From positions 52,723 through 116,722 of the forward strand of contig CAVPFM010000007.1 in the NCBI GenBank assembly GCA_963703735.1: a stretch of 64,000 bases of DNA, in the 5' to 3' direction. The translations under genes were made by a program, and so were the position numbers. Below the pieces are notes generated by a model. It saw only the letters and a program-made list of their open reading frames with translations. It was not told the origin of the DNA and ran no database searches. How positions within the stretch are numbered: the stretch's first letter is position 1; each line of letters begins with the position of its first letter. Source of the stretch: an uncultured Acidobacteriota bacterium (GTDB taxonomy: Bacteria; Acidobacteriota; Terriglobia; Terriglobales; Acidobacteriaceae). Positions 61,978 to 64,000 of the stretch are shown here, one piece after another.

Positions 61978-63463
61978 TTAGTCTGACATGCTCGCGAAGC
62001 CCGTCGGGTGCGACGCCGCAGCTTCATCGGCGTGCTTCTTGACCAGTTTGTTGCGGGCCGTGCGCAGCTTCCAGAATGTTCTTGCTTCTTTGTACAACCG
62101 CCTGCGCTCATCGCCGTTGAAGATCGCCTTCTTCACAATCCGCCAGGCAGCCTTCGGACGGAAGTAGTACTCGTCGTAGAAGCGATGGACCGCGCCGAGA
62201 ATTTCGTCAGCCGGCAATCCGGGATACTGGATGTGGGCGAGTTGATGTCCGCCCTCATCGACCATCTTGTTGTCTCCGACGATGAACCCGTTCTTCACCG
62301 CGTAATCGTAGAGCTCGGTGCCTGGATAGGCGTGCGCGACCGAAACCTGAATGGTTTCGACGTCGAGCCTCCTTCGCGAAGGCGATTGTATTGTTGATTG
62401 TCTCGGGAGTCTCGCCGGGCAGTCCCAGGATGAAGTCGCCGTGGACGACCAAGCCGAGCTTGTGGCAGTCCTTGGTAAACTGGCGGGCGCGCTCGACCGT
62501 CGCGCCTTTCTTGATGTTCTTGAGAATCTGCGGGTCGCCGGACTCGTAGCCAACGATTAAGAGTCGGCAGCCGGCTTCTTTCATTGCCTTCAGCGTTTCG
62601 AAATCGGTTGTAACGCGCGAGGTGCAGGACCAGGTCAGTCCGAGCGGCTTCAGCTTCGCGCAGAGTTCGATGGTGCGCGCCTTCTGGATGTTGAAAGTGT
62701 CATCGTCGAAGAAAAATTCCTTTACGTTCGGCCAGTATTCTTTGGCCTTCGCCATCTCAGCAGCGACATCGTCGGTGGAACGCTTGCGCCACGGATGTCC
62801 GCTCAAAGTCTGCGGCCAGAGGCAGAAGGTGCATTGCGCCGGGCAGCCTCGGGTGGTATAGAGCGAGACGTATGGATTGAGCAAGAATGGAACGTTGTAT
62901 CTGGAAACGTCAAGATCGCGCTTGTAAACTTCGGTGACATGCGGCAGAGCGTCGAGATCCTGAATCTGCGGAGCATCGGGATTGTGGACGATCTTGCCGT
63001 CCTTCCGGAAAGAAACTCCGGCAATCTCTTCAAGAGGCTTGCCTTTGGCATAGTCGACAATGGCGTAGTCGAATTCCTTGCGGCAAATGAAATCGATGTC
63101 GGGACAATCGCGGAGGGATTTTTCCGGGAGCACGCTGACGTGCGGACCGACGAAGGCAATCTTCATCCTGGGATTCGCTTGTTTAATCGCGCTCGAGATT
63201 CGAACGTCGCCGGGAAAACCAGGCGTCGACGTAAACAGCACGAGGAATTCGTAATCCTTAGCGATCTCGATGGTTTCCGCAGCGGAGATATGATGCGGAG
63301 GAGCATCGAGCAGCCGTGAGCCCTCCAACAGGCCGGCGGGATAAGCGAGCCAGACGGGATACCAGAAACTCTCAATTTCGCGGGTGGCGGGCCAACGAGA
63401 GCCGGCGCCTCCGTCGAAATTCTCAAATGAGGGAGGGTTCAGAAACAGTGTCTTTAAAGGCAT
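61978..63463 (-). pseudogene. hpnJ: HpnJ-like B12-binding radical SAM gene, interrupted by a 1-nt frameshift
   Basis: ORF 62255-63463 has the N-terminus MPLKTLFLNPPSFENFDGGAGSRW and the radical SAM motif CPAQCTFC. It loses homology after ...TIAFAKE. The sequence continues in the +1 frame (ORF 61978-62553) as LDVETIQVSVAHAYPGTELYDYA... The junction is at AAGGAGGCTC, about 62366-62374. Confidence 0.7.
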
Positions 63464-63678
63464 ATTGGGTATTGTCTATATTTTAGCATTGGAACGAGGT
63501 TTCCCCAGAAAGCGCCCGTGTTCTGGCAGGTTCCCCGTAATCCTTCCGCTGGTACGTAAATCCTTGATTTAACTGTACTAGCATCCTTCCGAAAAACAAA
63601 TGGCCTTAGGGTGAACCTATGTTTGGATGCAGTGAATGGGGAAAGGGCGCTGTGAGTGGGGATGGGATGCTCGGGACG

Positions 63679-64000
63679 CTACTGGGCTTCGTTGGCCGTT
63701 GGAACGCGGAAGGTGACGCCACGGTCGTCGTTGGCCTTCGCAGTGGCGGCGAGGTCCAGATTGGATAGCGGGATTTTCTGCGTGCGCCCGGGAGTGAAAT
63801 TCCAGAGAGTTTGTCCGACGATCGCGTAGTTCTGAATTTCCTGTTGGCGCTGGTCGCGGAAAACCAGGACTGTGGGAGGAACCATTGAACTCGGCTGCGG
63901 ATCGCTGCTTGCGGCTCTCGGGGCAGGACGGGGTGCCGATCTGTGAGCGTAGAGATCCTGATCGCCGTCGGCTTCCTCCTGGCGCATCATCTGCTGCTGT
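63679..64000 (-). CDS. 3' part of a conserved hypothetical protein; frame open to the window edge
   Basis: The frame stays open from 64000 (..QQQMMRQEEADGDQD..). The C-terminal part VLVFRDQRQQEIQNYAIVGQTLWNF...LDLAATAKANDDRGVTFRVP looks like a folded domain. No family assigned. Confidence 0.45.
   Translation of the reverse strand, partial: QQQMMRQEEADGDQDLYAHRSAPRPAPRAASSDPQPSSMVPPTVLVFRDQRQQEIQNYAIVGQTLWNFTPGRTQKIPLSNLDLAATAKANDDRGVTFRVPTANEAQ

Noticed and set aside
62360-62385. Programmed +1 ribosomal frameshift in hpnJ. An SD-like AAGGAGG lies immediately upstream, as in prfB.
   Set aside because: The putative shift codons (GAG GCU CGA to CUC) provide no slippery re-pairing and there is no in-frame stop at the site. 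An indel or pseudogene is the simpler explanation.

Overview
This is a high-GC chromosomal segment. Gene content and short interspersed palindromic repeats look Acidobacteriota/Terriglobia-like, which is an inference. All family calls come from motifs read by eye; no searches were run. I support about 50 protein genes and saw no rRNA, tRNA, CRISPR array, transposase or integrase. Several ORF-track starts are TTG/GTG or over-extended, and I re-set them where an ATG/GTG with a Shine-Dalgarno (SD) sequence or a signal peptide was visible.

Blocks:
(1) 0.2-4.3 kb: nadE and a secreted GH3 beta-glucosidase.
(2) 4.3-19.2 kb: a phosphate/polyphosphate supercluster. It contains a beta-propeller-phosphoesterase fusion, phoU-pstB-pstA-pstC, CHAD, ppx, sixA-ppk1, a coiled-coil porin and pstS. 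Phased hexamer repeats resembling Pho boxes lie upstream of pstS and pstC.
(3) 19.5-27.2 kb: a GH15 glucoamylase, an FHA-GAF-PP2C phosphatase and three DUF2029/GT87-like membrane proteins.
(4) 27.4-37.4 kb: a compact Flp/Tad pilus operon (flp-cpaB-cpaC-cpaE-cpaF-tadB-tadC). It ends in a DUF192 gene translationally coupled to an 846-aa membrane-anchored, proline-repeat, TonB-C-domain protein.
(5) 37.5-47.8 kb: a BNR/sialidase-like lipoprotein, a GT-C-like membrane protein, ndh carrying an in-frame palindromic-repeat insertion, nfeD, pnp with a Gly/Arg tail, and rpsO.
(6) 48.2-54.2 kb: a SnoaL-like protein, DUF5996, an orphan second cpaF beside a secreted tandem TonB-C protein, a hydrolase and a Zn-ribbon/Sel1 protein.
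(7) 54.3-63.5 kb: acs, a hydrolase and a DCC protein, followed by two sulfotransferases, a histidine phosphatase, two half-size EamA/DMT proteins and a frameshifted HpnJ-like radical SAM gene.

The most interesting candidates are the non-canonical Tad accessory pair together with the repeated CpaF/TonB-C association, the possibly Pho-linked sulfotransferase/phosphatase/flippase cluster next to hpnJ, and the repeat element inserted in-frame in ndh.
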